Below are positions 54,406 to 63,536 of a stretch of 64,000 nt of DNA, piece by piece; position 1 is the first letter of the stretch, and every line of letters begins with the position of its first letter. Both the position numbers and the translations under genes were made by a program. The notes beneath the pieces were generated by a model. That model was not told the origin of the DNA. It saw nothing but the letters and a program-made list of their open reading frames with translations, and ran no database searches. The DNA is from a virus, in the IMG/VR virus record IMGVR_UViG_3300035703_000058, positions 11,418 to 75,417 of that record. The stretch is one strand, 5' to 3'.

Positions 54406-55989
54406 ATGCGGATCGTGGCCGGCGACGCCCGGCAGGTGACGCTCACCGCGTCCATCACCAGCCCGACATCGCAGGCGACGCTTGCCGCCCGGCAGGTGAC
54501 GCTCACGCCGTCGGGTGGCACCGCGTACACCTACTCGGGCGCGTTGACGCGGCCCACGGGGTCGGGCGCCGCGCTCGACAACGCCGCCATCGCCGACCCT
54601 TCCTTTACCCCCGACGTGCCGGGCAGCTACGTCGTCACCATCACGGCGACCGACACCGCGTCAGGCGCCACGGTGACGCGCTCCAGCACGTTGGAGGTGC
54701 GCTCGCCGCTGTCGATCTCGTTGAGCAGCACCAGCTCAACGCAGGACAACCTGAACGCCGTGTCGACGACCGTGACGCCAACGGGCGGGCTCGGCACCAT
54801 CACCTACAGCGCGACGCTGACGCCGCCCACCGGGGGCACCACCACGGTCACCGGGCCGACGACCACCACGCCGTCCTTCACCCCCGACCGCGCTGGCGGC
54901 TGGCGGCTCACCGTGACGGCCACCGACGCCGCGGGCCAGACGGCGACGACGACGCGGCTGGTCGAGGTGGGCACCTCCGCGCTCTCGGTGTCGATCGGCG
55001 CGATCTCAGACCAGACGGCCGCCACCGGCACGATCAACTGCGACGCCACCGTGTCGGGCGGGCTCGGCAGCCTCAGCTACGCCTGGACCGGCGAGGGACC
55101 GGACGGCGCCGCGCTGAGCTTTGCCGACCCTGCCGCGGCGAACACGACCCTTACGCTCTCGGCGAGCAAGCGACCGGGGAACTACACCGTTACCGTCACG
55201 GTAACGGACTCGGCGCGCGCGCAGACCGCCCGGGCCACCGTCACGTTCCGTGTGGGCACGGCGACCGGCTGGGTCACCGGCTACACGCACGACTACACCG
55301 CCGACGGCAACGAGACCATCTCGGGCTCGCCGTGGGGTGATTGGACAGTCCTGAACGTCGCCAACGCCTCCACCTTCGCCATCGTCGCCGGCACCGGGCT
55401 ACGCATCATCGCCAGCACCGGCACCCTCAACGCCGGCACCCGCACCCCCCCGGGCATCTCGCGCGCCATCAGCGGGCTGGCCTCGATGTACGCGGCGGGC
55501 CGTCGGGTCGGCGTACACGTTCAGATCGGCGCCGCCTCCGCGGTCGGCGCCTCACAGCGCAAGATCGGCGCGCTCTTCGAGGACGTCACGACGCCGATCG
55601 GCGACGGCGGCACGACCGAGCGCGGCGGCGGCGTCCTGTGGCGGAACAACGGCGGCACCATCCAGGTGGCAGGCCTGATGTGCGGGCTCAGCTCGGGCTC
55701 CGCTCTCGTCCAGAACGCCCGACCGACCACCGAGACGGCGCCGCGCGTGCTGGCCTTCGAGCGGTCCGATTGGACCTTCCGGGTTGGACACTCGACCTCC
55801 ACCGCCGCGTGGGGCGATCCCGCACACGCCTCCTGGGTGTGGTCCGAGTACGTCGGCATCGACTACACCGGCACCGCCGACAAGCTGGTTCCGGCGACCG
55901 ACCTGCTCACCATCTTCGCTGCCTGTGATGCCGCCAGCGCGGGCGCACAGATCGACCTCGAAAAGCTCTGGGTAGGTGTCCAGTGGTAG
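54406..55989 (+). CDS. PKD/Ig-like repeat protein, putative virion adhesin
   Basis: Three repeats ending PSFTPD..G.Y/W...TATD or GNYTVTVTVTD plus a C-terminal beta domain. Confidence 0.75.
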   Translation: MRIVAGDARQVTLTASITSPTSQATLAARQVTLTPSGGTAYTYSGALTRPTGSGAALDNAAIADPSFTPDVPGSYVVTITATDTASGATVTRSSTLEVRSPLSISLSSTSSTQDNLNAVSTTVTPTGGLGTITYSATLTPPTGGTTTVTGPTTTTPSFTPDRAGGWRLTVTATDAAGQTATTTRLVEVGTSALSVSIGAISDQTAATGTINCDATVSGGLGSLSYAWTGEGPDGAALSFADPAAANTTLTLSASKRPGNYTVTVTVTDSARAQTARATVTFRVGTATGWVTGYTHDYTADGNETISGSPWGDWTVLNVANASTFAIVAGTGLRIIASTGTLNAGTRTPPGISRAISGLASMYAAGRRVGVHVQIGAASAVGASQRKIGALFEDVTTPIGDGGTTERGGGVLWRNNGGTIQVAGLMCGLSSGSALVQNARPTTETAPRVLAFERSDWTFRVGHSTSTAAWGDPAHASWVWSEYVGIDYTGTADKLVPATDLLTIFAACDAASAGAQIDLEKLWVGVQW

Positions 55990-56123
55990 ACCCCGACCCC
56001 TTCCGCCCCATCCTGATCGCCGGTTGGCTCGCGGCAGCTGCCGCGCTCGGCTACGGCTTTCTTACCGCGCCCCCGGCGCAGTCGGCGGCGCCTGTACAGG
56101 TCGAGGTGCGCGATGGCCCATGA
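55983..56123 (+). CDS. 46-aa membrane peptide (not in ORF track)
   Basis: Manual translation VVDPDPFRPILIAGWLAAAAALGYGFLTAPP..., overlapping neighbours. Confidence 0.45.
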   Translation: MVDPDPFRPILIAGWLAAAAALGYGFLTAPPAQSAAPVQVEVRDGP

Positions 56124-56274
56124 GCTGCCGCGCGATCGCGCGCTTTGGAGCCGTGACGACCAGGCTGCTTTTGACGAGCACGCCGGCACCCTGCAATACG
56201 TCCAGCTGCTGCCGAGCCCCGAAGCCGAGCGCCTGGCCGATCAGTACGTCCGGGAGCAGCGCCGTCGTGGATGA
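56113..56274 (+). CDS. 53-aa hypothetical protein (not in ORF track)
   Basis: GAGGTG RBS; MAHELPRDRALWSRDDQAAFDEHAGTLQYVQLLPSPEAERLA. Confidence 0.5.
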   Translation: MAHELPRDRALWSRDDQAAFDEHAGTLQYVQLLPSPEAERLADQYVREQRRRG

Positions 56275-56692
56275 GGCGCCGCCTTCCGCTGCCTCGTCGG
56301 CGATGCAAGACGCGCTCCGCTCGCTCATGGCCGAGACGATGTCGCACGCGGCGACGGGCGCCCGCGTCGAAGCTGTCGCCGCCACAGTCGCGGCCCTCGC
56401 CGCCAAGGTAGACCGGCACCTCGCCGACAGCGAGCGCGATCGCGCCGACGCTGAGAAGGATCGGGACGAGCTGCGCGCGGCTTTGGCTCGCATAGAGGCG
56501 GACTTGCGTCGATTCGCTGACGCCAAAGCGGCGATGGCCCAGCTCGCCGCCAAGGAGCAGGAGCAGCAGCAAAGCGCCGCCAGCGCCGCAGAGGCCAAGT
56601 GGCGCACCCGCACCGCGCCGCTTGTCGGCATGGTCGGGATCATCGTGCTTGTCCTGGAGCGGCTGGCGCAGCGGCTTATGGGGTCGCCATGA
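56267..56692 (+). CDS. coiled-coil protein with C-terminal TM helix (possible lysis accessory)
   Basis: Coiled coil then LVGMVGIIVLVL. Confidence 0.55.
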   Translation: MDEAPPSAASSAMQDALRSLMAETMSHAATGARVEAVAATVAALAAKVDRHLADSERDRADAEKDRDELRAALARIEADLRRFADAKAAMAQLAAKEQEQQQSAASAAEAKWRTRTAPLVGMVGIIVLVLERLAQRLMGSP

Positions 56693-56883
56693 CCGCGACG
56701 CAGCCCCCGGTAGACAGCTTCGTGCGCCTCGCGCTGCTGGCCGCGATGGAGTGCGGCGAGGCCACCCCGGAGGAAATCGCCGGGTGGGCGCGCGAGGTGC
56801 TGCCCCCGGCGGTGCTCGATCGGCTGTCGCCCGGGGAGCTGCGGCGCCGCGCTGCGCTGCTGCTGGCCGAGCCCCGGCACTAA
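56689..56883 (+). CDS. small hypothetical protein
   Basis: ATG overlaps upstream stop. Confidence 0.5.
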   Translation: MTATQPPVDSFVRLALLAAMECGEATPEEIAGWAREVLPPAVLDRLSPGELRRRAALLLAEPRH

Positions 56884-57420
56884 GCCGCGGACTTCGCCAG
56901 CGCGATCAACACCTCGGCGAAGGCAAGCGGTGTAGCTGCACGCTGCCTCTTGCTCAGGCTCTCCAGGTTCCCCCGACGAGCCCCCGATCCGATCGGCAGC
57001 ACCGCGAAGAGCCATGTAGGCTTTTGGGCGAGGTGCCCATACCAGCCCTGGTCCACCTCGCACACCCAAGCGATGCCCGACGCCCCAACCAGCGCCGGCT
57101 GCCAGCCACGGCCAACGGGCTCGGGCAGGCCATAACGGGCAAAGGCTTTGGAGTCGCGCGGGTGCTCCAGCACCCCCCCCCCACCATTTCACGGTGGCGA
57201 GGGTGGCAGCGAAACATCCTCCGTCATCGCCGAGCAGCGGACCACGGGCGAGGCTCCCAGGGTGCGGCTTCGCGTACCTGCCCCACGCGGCGCAGGGTGG
57301 GTGCGCGACAACGGGGTGAGGTCCGGGGTAGCTCCGAGCGTCCCTCGCCTCATCCCACAGATCCACGTCCGGGCGCCCGGCGTAGATGCCAGTGGCCTGG
57401 ACGAAGAGGGCGGCGATCAC
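56880..57420 (-). pseudogene. C5-DNA-methyltransferase-like gene frameshifted at a G10 tract
   Basis: IAALF...AHPPC in one frame and VLEHP...VDQGWYGH.AQKPTWL in another; G9 instead of G10 at 57173-57182 joins them (WWGGVLEHP). Confidence 0.8.
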
Positions 57421-57965
57421 AGCGTCGCGGCGAAGGCGTCGTAGCGAGCGCGGTACATGGCCAGGGTCGCGGCATCGGGGCAGGGCTCGGCGTCAGGATC
57501 GCCGTCGGTGAGCTTGGCCCACTCGGCGGCGGGGTCATCACTCAGCGCCGCCAGAAGGCCAAAACACAGGCCCTCGCCGTCTCCGCCGCACTCGATCGCG
57601 CCGTCGAAGCCATCGTCGGCGGTATCGGGCGTGAAGGTGAGGAGCTGCCCGCAGCAGGGACACTCGTCCCGGCGGCGGAAGTAGACACGGGTGCCGCTCT
57701 CGGCTTTGGTGGCGCCGGTGTAGTCATGCACACCGCCCCACTTGCCATCGCAGGGCGCAAGGAACTCGCAGAAGTGCTGCCCAAGATGGGCGATGAGTGT
57801 GGAGGTGATGTGGGCAGTCGCGTCCCCACCATCGCAATCGAGGGAGACGAAGCGATCATCCCCCTCGTCCCGGTCGTCATCTTCGCCAACGGCGATCATC
57901 AAAGATGCGCTCAGGCCAGGAGCGATGCGGGAAAGGTCGAGGTGCTGGTAGTCGTGGGTCGTCAT
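57417..57965 (-). CDS. hypothetical Cys/acidic protein
   Basis: AGGAG RBS; coupled to downstream gene. Confidence 0.65.
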   Translation of the reverse strand: MTTHDYQHLDLSRIAPGLSASLMIAVGEDDDRDEGDDRFVSLDCDGGDATAHITSTLIAHLGQHFCEFLAPCDGKWGGVHDYTGATKAESGTRVYFRRRDECPCCGQLLTFTPDTADDGFDGAIECGGDGEGLCFGLLAALSDDPAAEWAKLTDGDPDAEPCPDAATLAMYRARYDAFAATL

Positions 57966-58002
57966 GTCGTCTCCTGGTGGGCGAGGTTCGCCCGGTGGTG
58001 GT

Positions 58003-58257
58003 TCAGGCGGCGCGAATCGCCGCCGCCATGGGGTGCGCGGCGATCACTGCGCGTTGCTCGGCGGTGAGGGTTTGGTGCTTGGAGCCGCGACGGCGAGCGC
58101 CGCCGATACTGTCGAGGTTGCGGATCTCGAAGCGCTTGGAACCGAGGTGCTTAACCACCTCGAAACCAGTCCCGTCAGACAGGCGCCCATATGCGCGCCA
58201 ACGAGTTTGCATCGCAATTTCGGTGATTTGGCTGGTCTGCTGGGCGGCGCTCATCAT
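58003..58257 (-). CDS. small early protein
   Basis: AAGGAG RBS just downstream of promoter. Confidence 0.65.
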   Translation of the reverse strand: MMSAAQQTSQITEIAMQTRWRAYGRLSDGTGFEVVKHLGSKRFEIRNLDSIGGARRRGSKHQTLTAEQRAVIAAHPMAAAIRAA

Positions 58258-58277
58258 CAACTCCTTTCTATACATAC

Positions 58278-58306
58278 ATCTTAAGCGAACGGGCCAGAAC
58301 ATGCAA
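58278..58306 (-). promoter_or_regulatory. early sigma70 promoter TTGCAT-17-TAAGAT
   Basis: Hexamers and spacing read directly; upstream T-tracts. Confidence 0.75.
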
Positions 58307-58333
58307 GCCCATTCGCAAAAGAAAGTGAGAAAG

Positions 58334-58669
58334 TCAGAGCCCCGCAGCCTTGGCCCTCTTCTCGGCGGCCAAGAGCAGCACCTCAGCGCGCCAAACAGCC
58401 CGCGCGTGGGTCTCGGTGGGCGCCGTCGCGAAGTCAGCCTGCGCCCGGGTGAGCCGATCCCGCGCCCGTGCGAGCGCCCTCGCCACCTTGTCGGGGCGCG
58501 TCTTGCGCGTGTCTCTCGGGCGCTCGATGCCAGCGAGCCGGAGACGAGCGGCATGGAAGTGCCCTGAGCCTTCGAGCCCAGCGCAGTCCGCGTCGATGGC
58601 AGCGGAGCAGGCGGGGCAGGCGAAGGAACGAGCGAGGGCCGGCGGGCGTCCACGGGGGCGATCAGACAT
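58334..58669 (-). CDS. zinc-finger protein (GRP + CPxC..C..H)
   Basis: RPRGRPP...CPACSAAIDADC...HAAR. Confidence 0.7.
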   Translation of the reverse strand: MSDRPRGRPPALARSFACPACSAAIDADCAGLEGSGHFHAARLRLAGIERPRDTRKTRPDKVARALARARDRLTRAQADFATAPTETHARAVWRAEVLLLAAEKRAKAAGL

Positions 58670-58877
58670 TGGACACCAGCAGCAGCCGGAGTATCTCCCG
58701 GTACACCTCGACCCGCATACGCAGGTCGGCCATCTCCATGGCGGTCCGGTGCAGCCCGATGATACTCGGATCGGGGCGGCGGGCAGAGTCCTGCAACCCC
58801 GCGGACAGTCGCGTGTGGTCCGCTTGTGTGGCCGCGATCTTCTCGCACAAAATGCGCTCCAACGTCGGGATATCCAT
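58662..58877 (-). CDS. small hypothetical protein
   Basis: GAGG RBS; coupled. Confidence 0.55.
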   Translation of the reverse strand: MDIPTLERILCEKIAATQADHTRLSAGLQDSARRPDPSIIGLHRTAMEMADLRMRVEVYREILRLLLVSNV

Positions 58878-58967
58878 CGTCTACCTCTTGCCGGAATATC
58901 GGCTCGTTGGTGGGTCAAATCCCACGGTCAGGGAAGCCGAGCGACCCGGCTGCCCCGATCGGGGGAC

Positions 58968-59399
58968 TTAGGCGGCTGGCTTGTACCGCGCCGCCCGGTG
59001 CCCTTGACACAGCGGTTTCTGGCACGCGCCGACCTGGAGATCCCGAGTCTCCACCCATTCGACCTTCCCCCAGCAGGGCCCGCCGATGCCATCCCGAGCA
59101 CAAGCCCGGAAGACGTGGCCGCCGAACCCATCGCCGATGTCAAGCGGCCGAAAGGTGGTGTCTACCGCAGGCTTCTTGGGCAGAACTGCAGCGGTCTGGA
59201 GCATCGCCCACAACTCGACGGCATCGACATTGAGCGTCGGGATGGTGGCCCAGAATTCGGCCAGCCTCGCCGCGTTCACGGTCTTGCCGAGTCCCTTAAC
59301 GCCGAACCGCCGCTGACCGTTGACCCACACGCCGGTGTCCTCGCACTCGACCATGAGGCCGTTGATGGTGTGGACAGTGGGGAGAAGTTGGGTGCCCAT
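58968..59399 (-). CDS. hypothetical early protein
   Basis: AAGGAG RBS downstream of promoter; followed by CCCCGATCGGGG hairpin. Confidence 0.65.
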   Translation of the reverse strand: MGTQLLPTVHTINGLMVECEDTGVWVNGQRRFGVKGLGKTVNAARLAEFWATIPTLNVDAVELWAMLQTAAVLPKKPAVDTTFRPLDIGDGFGGHVFRACARDGIGGPCWGKVEWVETRDLQVGACQKPLCQGHRAARYKPAA

Positions 59400-59448
59400 G
59401 GGGTGCTCCTTCAAGGTGGGCGGCTCCATTGCCGCTCTTCATGTATAC

Positions 59449-59477
59449 ATTTGATGCGAACAGGCCAAGTGAGTCAA
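59449..59477 (-). promoter_or_regulatory. early sigma70-like promoter TTGACT-17-TCAAAT
   Basis: Aligns with the 58278-58306 promoter, sharing CAAGCCCATTCGCAAA. Confidence 0.65.
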
Positions 59478-59530
59478 GCCCATTCGCAAAGAAAAGAGCA
59501 CCCACCGCGAAATACTTCACGCGCCCACGT

Positions 59531-59806
59531 TCACCCTGATTTTTCGCCGTCCAGCATCGCGGCGATCCGGTTCTCGGCGGCGATCGTGCGGGCGTGCAGC
59601 AGCTCGGCGCGCTCCAGGACCTCGAAGAACAGCACGTCCCACGAAGCGCAGGCATGCAGGGCATCAGCGAGCACGGCGGCGGTCGGCTGCTCGCCCCTGG
59701 CCATCGCGGCGCGTAGCCTGGCTTCGATGAGCCTGGAGCGGTCGGCAATCGCCACGCGCGCGGCGGCGAGGTCAGGATCGGGGGGCAGCTCGCGGTATTC
59801 GTCCAT
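59531..59806 (-). CDS. hypothetical protein
   Basis: 91-aa helical ORF. Confidence 0.55.
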   Translation of the reverse strand: MDEYRELPPDPDLAAARVAIADRSRLIEARLRAAMARGEQPTAAVLADALHACASWDVLFFEVLERAELLHARTIAAENRIAAMLDGEKSG

Positions 59807-59835
59807 CGGTGGTATTCTATCGCCCTGGAGGCTGC

Positions 59836-60099
59836 ATGGGCGCCAACGATGCCAACATCGAGATCCACTACCACCCTGAGCAGTCCAAGGTGGTCCTGCT
59901 GCGCTGGCACCACGGCGCCATCGACACCAAGATCGAGCTGTCGCCCGATCGGTGGCGCGCGGTCAAGGCGTGTGCGCAGTCCGGCGCCGAGCCCGTGACG
60001 CTGGCGGCGCTCGCCGTGCGCGACGCGGGCATCGTGCCCCCGCCGGGAGACGTGCCGCTGCGCGCGCTCGGCCTGGCGCTGCGGCACGTTATCGGGTAG
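59836..60099 (+). CDS. hypothetical protein
   Basis: GGAGG RBS; isolated plus-strand ORF. Confidence 0.55.
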   Translation: MGANDANIEIHYHPEQSKVVLLRWHHGAIDTKIELSPDRWRAVKACAQSGAEPVTLAALAVRDAGIVPPPGDVPLRALGLALRHVIG

Positions 60100-60137
60100 C
60101 GGGTGCGACCCCCGAGGTAGACGGACTCGCACCGTCT

Positions 60138-60153
60138 CCCCCCGAAAGGGGGC
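60138..60153. terminator. GAAA-tetraloop hairpin between convergent genes
   Basis: CCCCC-GAAA-GGGGG; no U-tract. Confidence 0.4.
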
Positions 60154-60166
60154 GCACCAAGGGAGG

Positions 60167-60682
60167 TCAGGCAGCCGCGGTATAGTGTTTGATTGCCTCC
60201 TCCGCGTGTTGTGCCGCATAGGCGGCGACGTTGCGCCCAAACTGGGGCATCCCGATCGGGATGTTCGTTACGCTGTACAGATAACCGGCATTGCCGGTTA
60301 CTGCGCACAAAAGATCGTCCACCGAAACAGTTAGATCGAACCCGCCCCCCAGTCGGGCCCATTCTGCCCAGTCCTTATCGATGTATGTCTTCTGAAGGGG
60401 CGCATAAAGCACGCCCCGCCATTCGGTCATTTTGGCGCGATGCGGGAGTAGCGCACGCGCTGAAAGAATGCTCGGGCCCTCCCGCCACAGACTGTAGGCG
60501 TCGATTCCCGCGGTGTCGGGTCTCGGGGTCGCGATCCACTCGTCCAGGGCGGCGCACGCCGCCTCACACGAGTTGGTCCACGGACCCTTGACCACGGCGA
60601 TAGCGCGCCGCACGCTCGCGAGCGCCTCCACAATGTGTTCAATGCTCGGGGTGGGGTAGGTCAGTGTGGACAGCATATCCAT
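60167..60682 (-). CDS. hypothetical protein (lower GC)
   Basis: AAGGAG RBS; 171 aa. Confidence 0.6.
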   Translation of the reverse strand: MDMLSTLTYPTPSIEHIVEALASVRRAIAVVKGPWTNSCEAACAALDEWIATPRPDTAGIDAYSLWREGPSILSARALLPHRAKMTEWRGVLYAPLQKTYIDKDWAEWARLGGGFDLTVSVDDLLCAVTGNAGYLYSVTNIPIGMPQFGRNVAAYAAQHAEEAIKHYTAAA

Positions 60683-60924
60683 CTCCTTCGTCCCGCATCC
60701 CCCGCGGGCTCCGGCATCACACAGCCGGGGGCAGGTAGCATGATCGCCGCCTGTGCCAGCGCCTTACCCGGCGCTGTTGGGTGCCCGGTGTCCGCCGGGC
60801 GCGGGTGCTCTACCTGAGGCGGCGGAGCATCCTCTCCGCCTCCAGGTGCCGCCGCGCGATGGCGGCCTCGTCGAGCGCCAGCAGCCGGGCGTTGAGGCGC
60901 TCAGCTCCCGCAGCGGTGGGGGGG

Positions 60925-61233
60925 TCAGCTCAGGATCCGGCTGGTATCCCAGCCACAGGTCTCCAGGGCCTTGCGAGCGCGGGCAACCATCGTGCCGCTG
61001 TCGGACTGGCCTTGGCAGGCGCGCTGTACGCTGAGGGCAATACGGCCAGCAGCGGGCAGGATCTCACAGCCGAAGTAGTCGGCGATGAGCGTCATCGCCT
61101 CACTGGCAAAGCGTCCGCCGTGAACCTTGGCCGCGCGGCGCTCGGCGCGGGCGATGATGGCGGCGCGGTCGTCGGCGTCGGCGATGGCGGTGGTGAGTCC
61201 GGCGATGATGGCGGTCTTGGTGGGGGTCTTCAT
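60925..61233 (-). CDS. small early protein
   Basis: AAGGAG RBS downstream of promoter. Confidence 0.65.
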   Translation of the reverse strand: MKTPTKTAIIAGLTTAIADADDRAAIIARAERRAAKVHGGRFASEAMTLIADYFGCEILPAAGRIALSVQRACQGQSDSGTMVARARKALETCGWDTSRILS

Positions 61234-61279
61234 GGTGTTCTCCTTCGGGGTGGGCGGCTTCGTTGCCACCGATGAATAC

Positions 61280-61308
61280 ATCTTATCTGCGCCCGTGCGT
61301 GGTGTCAA
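61280..61308 (-). promoter_or_regulatory. early sigma70 promoter TTGACA-17-TAAGAT
   Basis: Near-consensus hexamers. Confidence 0.85.
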
Positions 61309-61350
61309 CGTCGGCGCGTGAAAAAGATCGAGAAAGTTACCTGCGCAGGT

Positions 61351-61839
61351 TCACCCTGCGCTTTCGCTGGCTTCGGCATCGCGGGCAGCCCACAGCCGGG
61401 CCTCCGCCGCGCGCAGCCGACGGCGAGCCAGCGCCGCCAGCTCAGGAGGTGCGGCGTCCAGCACCTTGCGCGCCGCCCACACGCGAGCGAGGGCGCGGGC
61501 GACGCGCGCAGCTTGCCCATTCGCCCGCGGGGGCAGCAGCCCGACGTCTCGGCGCCGTGCCGCGTGGTAGCGGGTGAGCGGTGCGCCGTCGCGATCCCGG
61601 CAGGGCTCGCCAATGGGCGCGGCGCACTTCGCGCACGGCACCTTGCGCGCCGAGCTGGCGGGGCGCCCGTGGTAGGTGTCAGCCGGCGCCGAGCCGGCGG
61701 CTTTCCGGCGGGCGAGGTGGTAGACGCCAGAGCGCGGGCCTACACAGGCGACGCCGATAGCGGCCTCGCAGGTGGGGCACGCGACGGCGCGCACCCGGGA
61801 GGAGGGAGGGCGCCCCATTCGGGGCTTCGGGTCGAGCAT
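61351..61839 (-). CDS. double zinc-finger protein (GRP + CxxC..C..H twice)
   Basis: GRPP...CPTCEA.IG..C...YHLAR and GRPA...CAKCAA.IGEPC...YHAAR. Confidence 0.75.
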   Translation of the reverse strand: MLDPKPRMGRPPSSRVRAVACPTCEAAIGVACVGPRSGVYHLARRKAAGSAPADTYHGRPASSARKVPCAKCAAPIGEPCRDRDGAPLTRYHAARRRDVGLLPPRANGQAARVARALARVWAARKVLDAAPPELAALARRRLRAAEARLWAARDAEASESAG

Positions 61840-61910
61840 CGGATCTCCAGAGAAGCCCGTCGGCCTGAGCTGCGGCAGCCGCCGGGAAACGCCCGCAGGC
61901 GGGGTGAGGG

Positions 61911-62753
61911 TCAGGGGTCAAAAGCGGCGCCCCACGAACCGCCGATGAATGGTGGATCCGTGGACCACACTGGATCGGGGTCCGTCTCGCCCCGGTCGAT
62001 GGCGGCGAGATAAGCCCCCTCGTCTTCGCCGCCGGGGATCATGCCCCGCGGCTCGCCGTCTTCGCCCCGCCGGGTACGGCGCGTGAACGCCACCACGGCG
62101 GGCAAGCGGGCCCCGCGCCGATGCTCCTCCGGTCGGTCATGGCCGGGGATCATGGCTGCTTCCATGCAGCACCGCGACCGATCTGGCAGCAGATCGGCCA
62201 CCTCCAGCGCGGCCACAGCCGCGACAGCGGGTGCGAACGCGCCGCACAGGTGAGCCAGCGCGTCGTCGACGCGCTCTTGCCACGCCATGCCCCCGGCGGC
62301 GAGGGCGTCCAGGTCGTCCCGCTGGGCCGCCCGTTCGCCGTCCTGGTGTAGCGCTGCGCCACACCATACACCCCAGAGGGTGTCGATGGCCCCGGCGGCG
62401 CCGCCAGCGCCGCGCATCTCGGCGAGCGGGTGCAGCTCGTCGCCGACGATGCACGGCGACGGCTCAAACGAGCGGCATGTCGCCCTGGCGGCGCCGCCCG
62501 GGAAGCCCACGCCGCGCACACCACGCGCCCAGAGCAGGGCGCGGAGCAGAATGACGAGCCGGCGCACGCGCTCGTCGTCGCCCAAAAACTCCCAGCCTTT
62601 GCGCGCAGTTTCGCGCGCGAAGGCCAACACCGCCAGTCGGCGGAGTGACTCCAGTCCCATGGCGCCGCTAAACGCCGGCATCATGAGGACCTCACCCACG
62701 GCGCAGCCCGTGAGGTCAAGTGCCGCACGGATGCGGCCGATGGAATCGATCAT
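61911..62753 (-). CDS. hypothetical protein
   Basis: AAGGAG RBS before ATG 62753. Confidence 0.55.
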   Translation of the reverse strand: MIDSIGRIRAALDLTGCAVGEVLMMPAFSGAMGLESLRRLAVLAFARETARKGWEFLGDDERVRRLVILLRALLWARGVRGVGFPGGAARATCRSFEPSPCIVGDELHPLAEMRGAGGAAGAIDTLWGVWCGAALHQDGERAAQRDDLDALAAGGMAWQERVDDALAHLCGAFAPAVAAVAALEVADLLPDRSRCCMEAAMIPGHDRPEEHRRGARLPAVVAFTRRTRRGEDGEPRGMIPGGEDEGAYLAAIDRGETDPDPVWSTDPPFIGGSWGAAFDP

Positions 62754-62838
62754 CTCATCTCCTTCTTCTCCGCGTCGGAGAGCTGAATCGCTCCCCGGCG
62801 CGGGGCAGAAGGGCGGACCCGGAGGCCCGCCCAAAAAA

Positions 62839-63105
62839 CTACGAGCCAGCGTGGTCGGCGACCACCTCCAGCCACCGTTCCACGGGCGTATTCCAGCGGC
62901 CCGTCTGGTGCTCATGCACCACCACGCGCCCCGGAACGGGACTCCACTCGCCGCCTACCTGCACCTGAGAGGCGGGGACCACGGAAACGCCCGCCATTCT
63001 GCGGATTTGCGCCCCAGGTTGGCCGAAATAGTCGGCCGCGCCAAGGTATTCCCCCACCCCCCCGTGGGGGCCTCTAAGGGCGTGCATTGGGGTGCTCATG
63101 GTCAA
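62839..63105 (-). CDS. small hypothetical protein
   Basis: AAGGAG RBS. Confidence 0.45.
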   Translation of the reverse strand: MTMSTPMHALRGPHGGVGEYLGAADYFGQPGAQIRRMAGVSVVPASQVQVGGEWSPVPGRVVVHEHQTGRWNTPVERWLEVVADHAGS

Positions 63106-63364
63106 CTCCTTTGCCCTTGCGGGCGTTCGCGGCTGCCTCGTCGTAGCCCCACCGACCCGCGCACAGGTTCGCGCGCCCGATTCGGTGGTAGGTCGTCACC
63201 CGCATCTGGCAGATCAGCCGGCGGAGCCGGTCGCCGGCGCACCCGGACGGCTCGTGGTAGAGCGCATAGCGCGGATCGGTGCTGTGCGGGTTGTCCTCGC
63301 CGATGAAGGCGAGGTCAAACCGGTAACGCTCAGGAGCGGCGGCGTAGATTCTGAAGTCACCCAT
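63074..63364 (-). CDS. small protein, weak resemblance to N-terminal half of UDG-superfamily fold
   Basis: FIGEDNP...AL...P...AGDRL...Y....ANLC. Confidence 0.45.
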   Translation of the reverse strand: MGDFRIYAAAPERYRFDLAFIGEDNPHSTDPRYALYHEPSGCAGDRLRRLICQMRVTTYHRIGRANLCAGRWGYDEAAANARKGKGVDHEHPNARP

Positions 63365-63478
63365 GATGCACTCCCGCCTTGCGGCGCCAACCCAGCACGT
63401 CCACCCGAATGCCCGCGGCCTGGAAGGCGTGGATCAGGTCGCAGAGCGATCAGCGGCATCATCGCCGCCGATGAATAC

Positions 63479-63508
63479 ATCTTAATTCGCGCCCTACCGC
63501 AGCGTCAA
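63479..63508 (-). promoter_or_regulatory. early sigma70 promoter TTGACG-18-TAAGAT
   Basis: Shares CCGATGAATACATCTTA and CGTGAAAAAG..AGAAAGTTAC with the 61280 promoter. Confidence 0.8.
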
Positions 63509-63536
63509 CGCGAAAACGTGAAAAAGTCAAAGAAAG

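Noticed and set aside
1804-59879. Many long antisense or alternate-frame ORFs (e.g. 1804-3444+, 4344-5774+, 24859-26151-, 52614-54530-, 58350-59879+)
   Set aside because: Shadow ORFs expected at very high GC; they overlap motif-bearing genes and lack RBS or recognisable domains.
60810-60925. Short open frame ...AERLNARLLALDEAAIARRHLEAERMLRRLR after a C7 tract
   Set aside because: No in-frame start codon; it may be a remnant or homopolymer artefact and cannot be supported.
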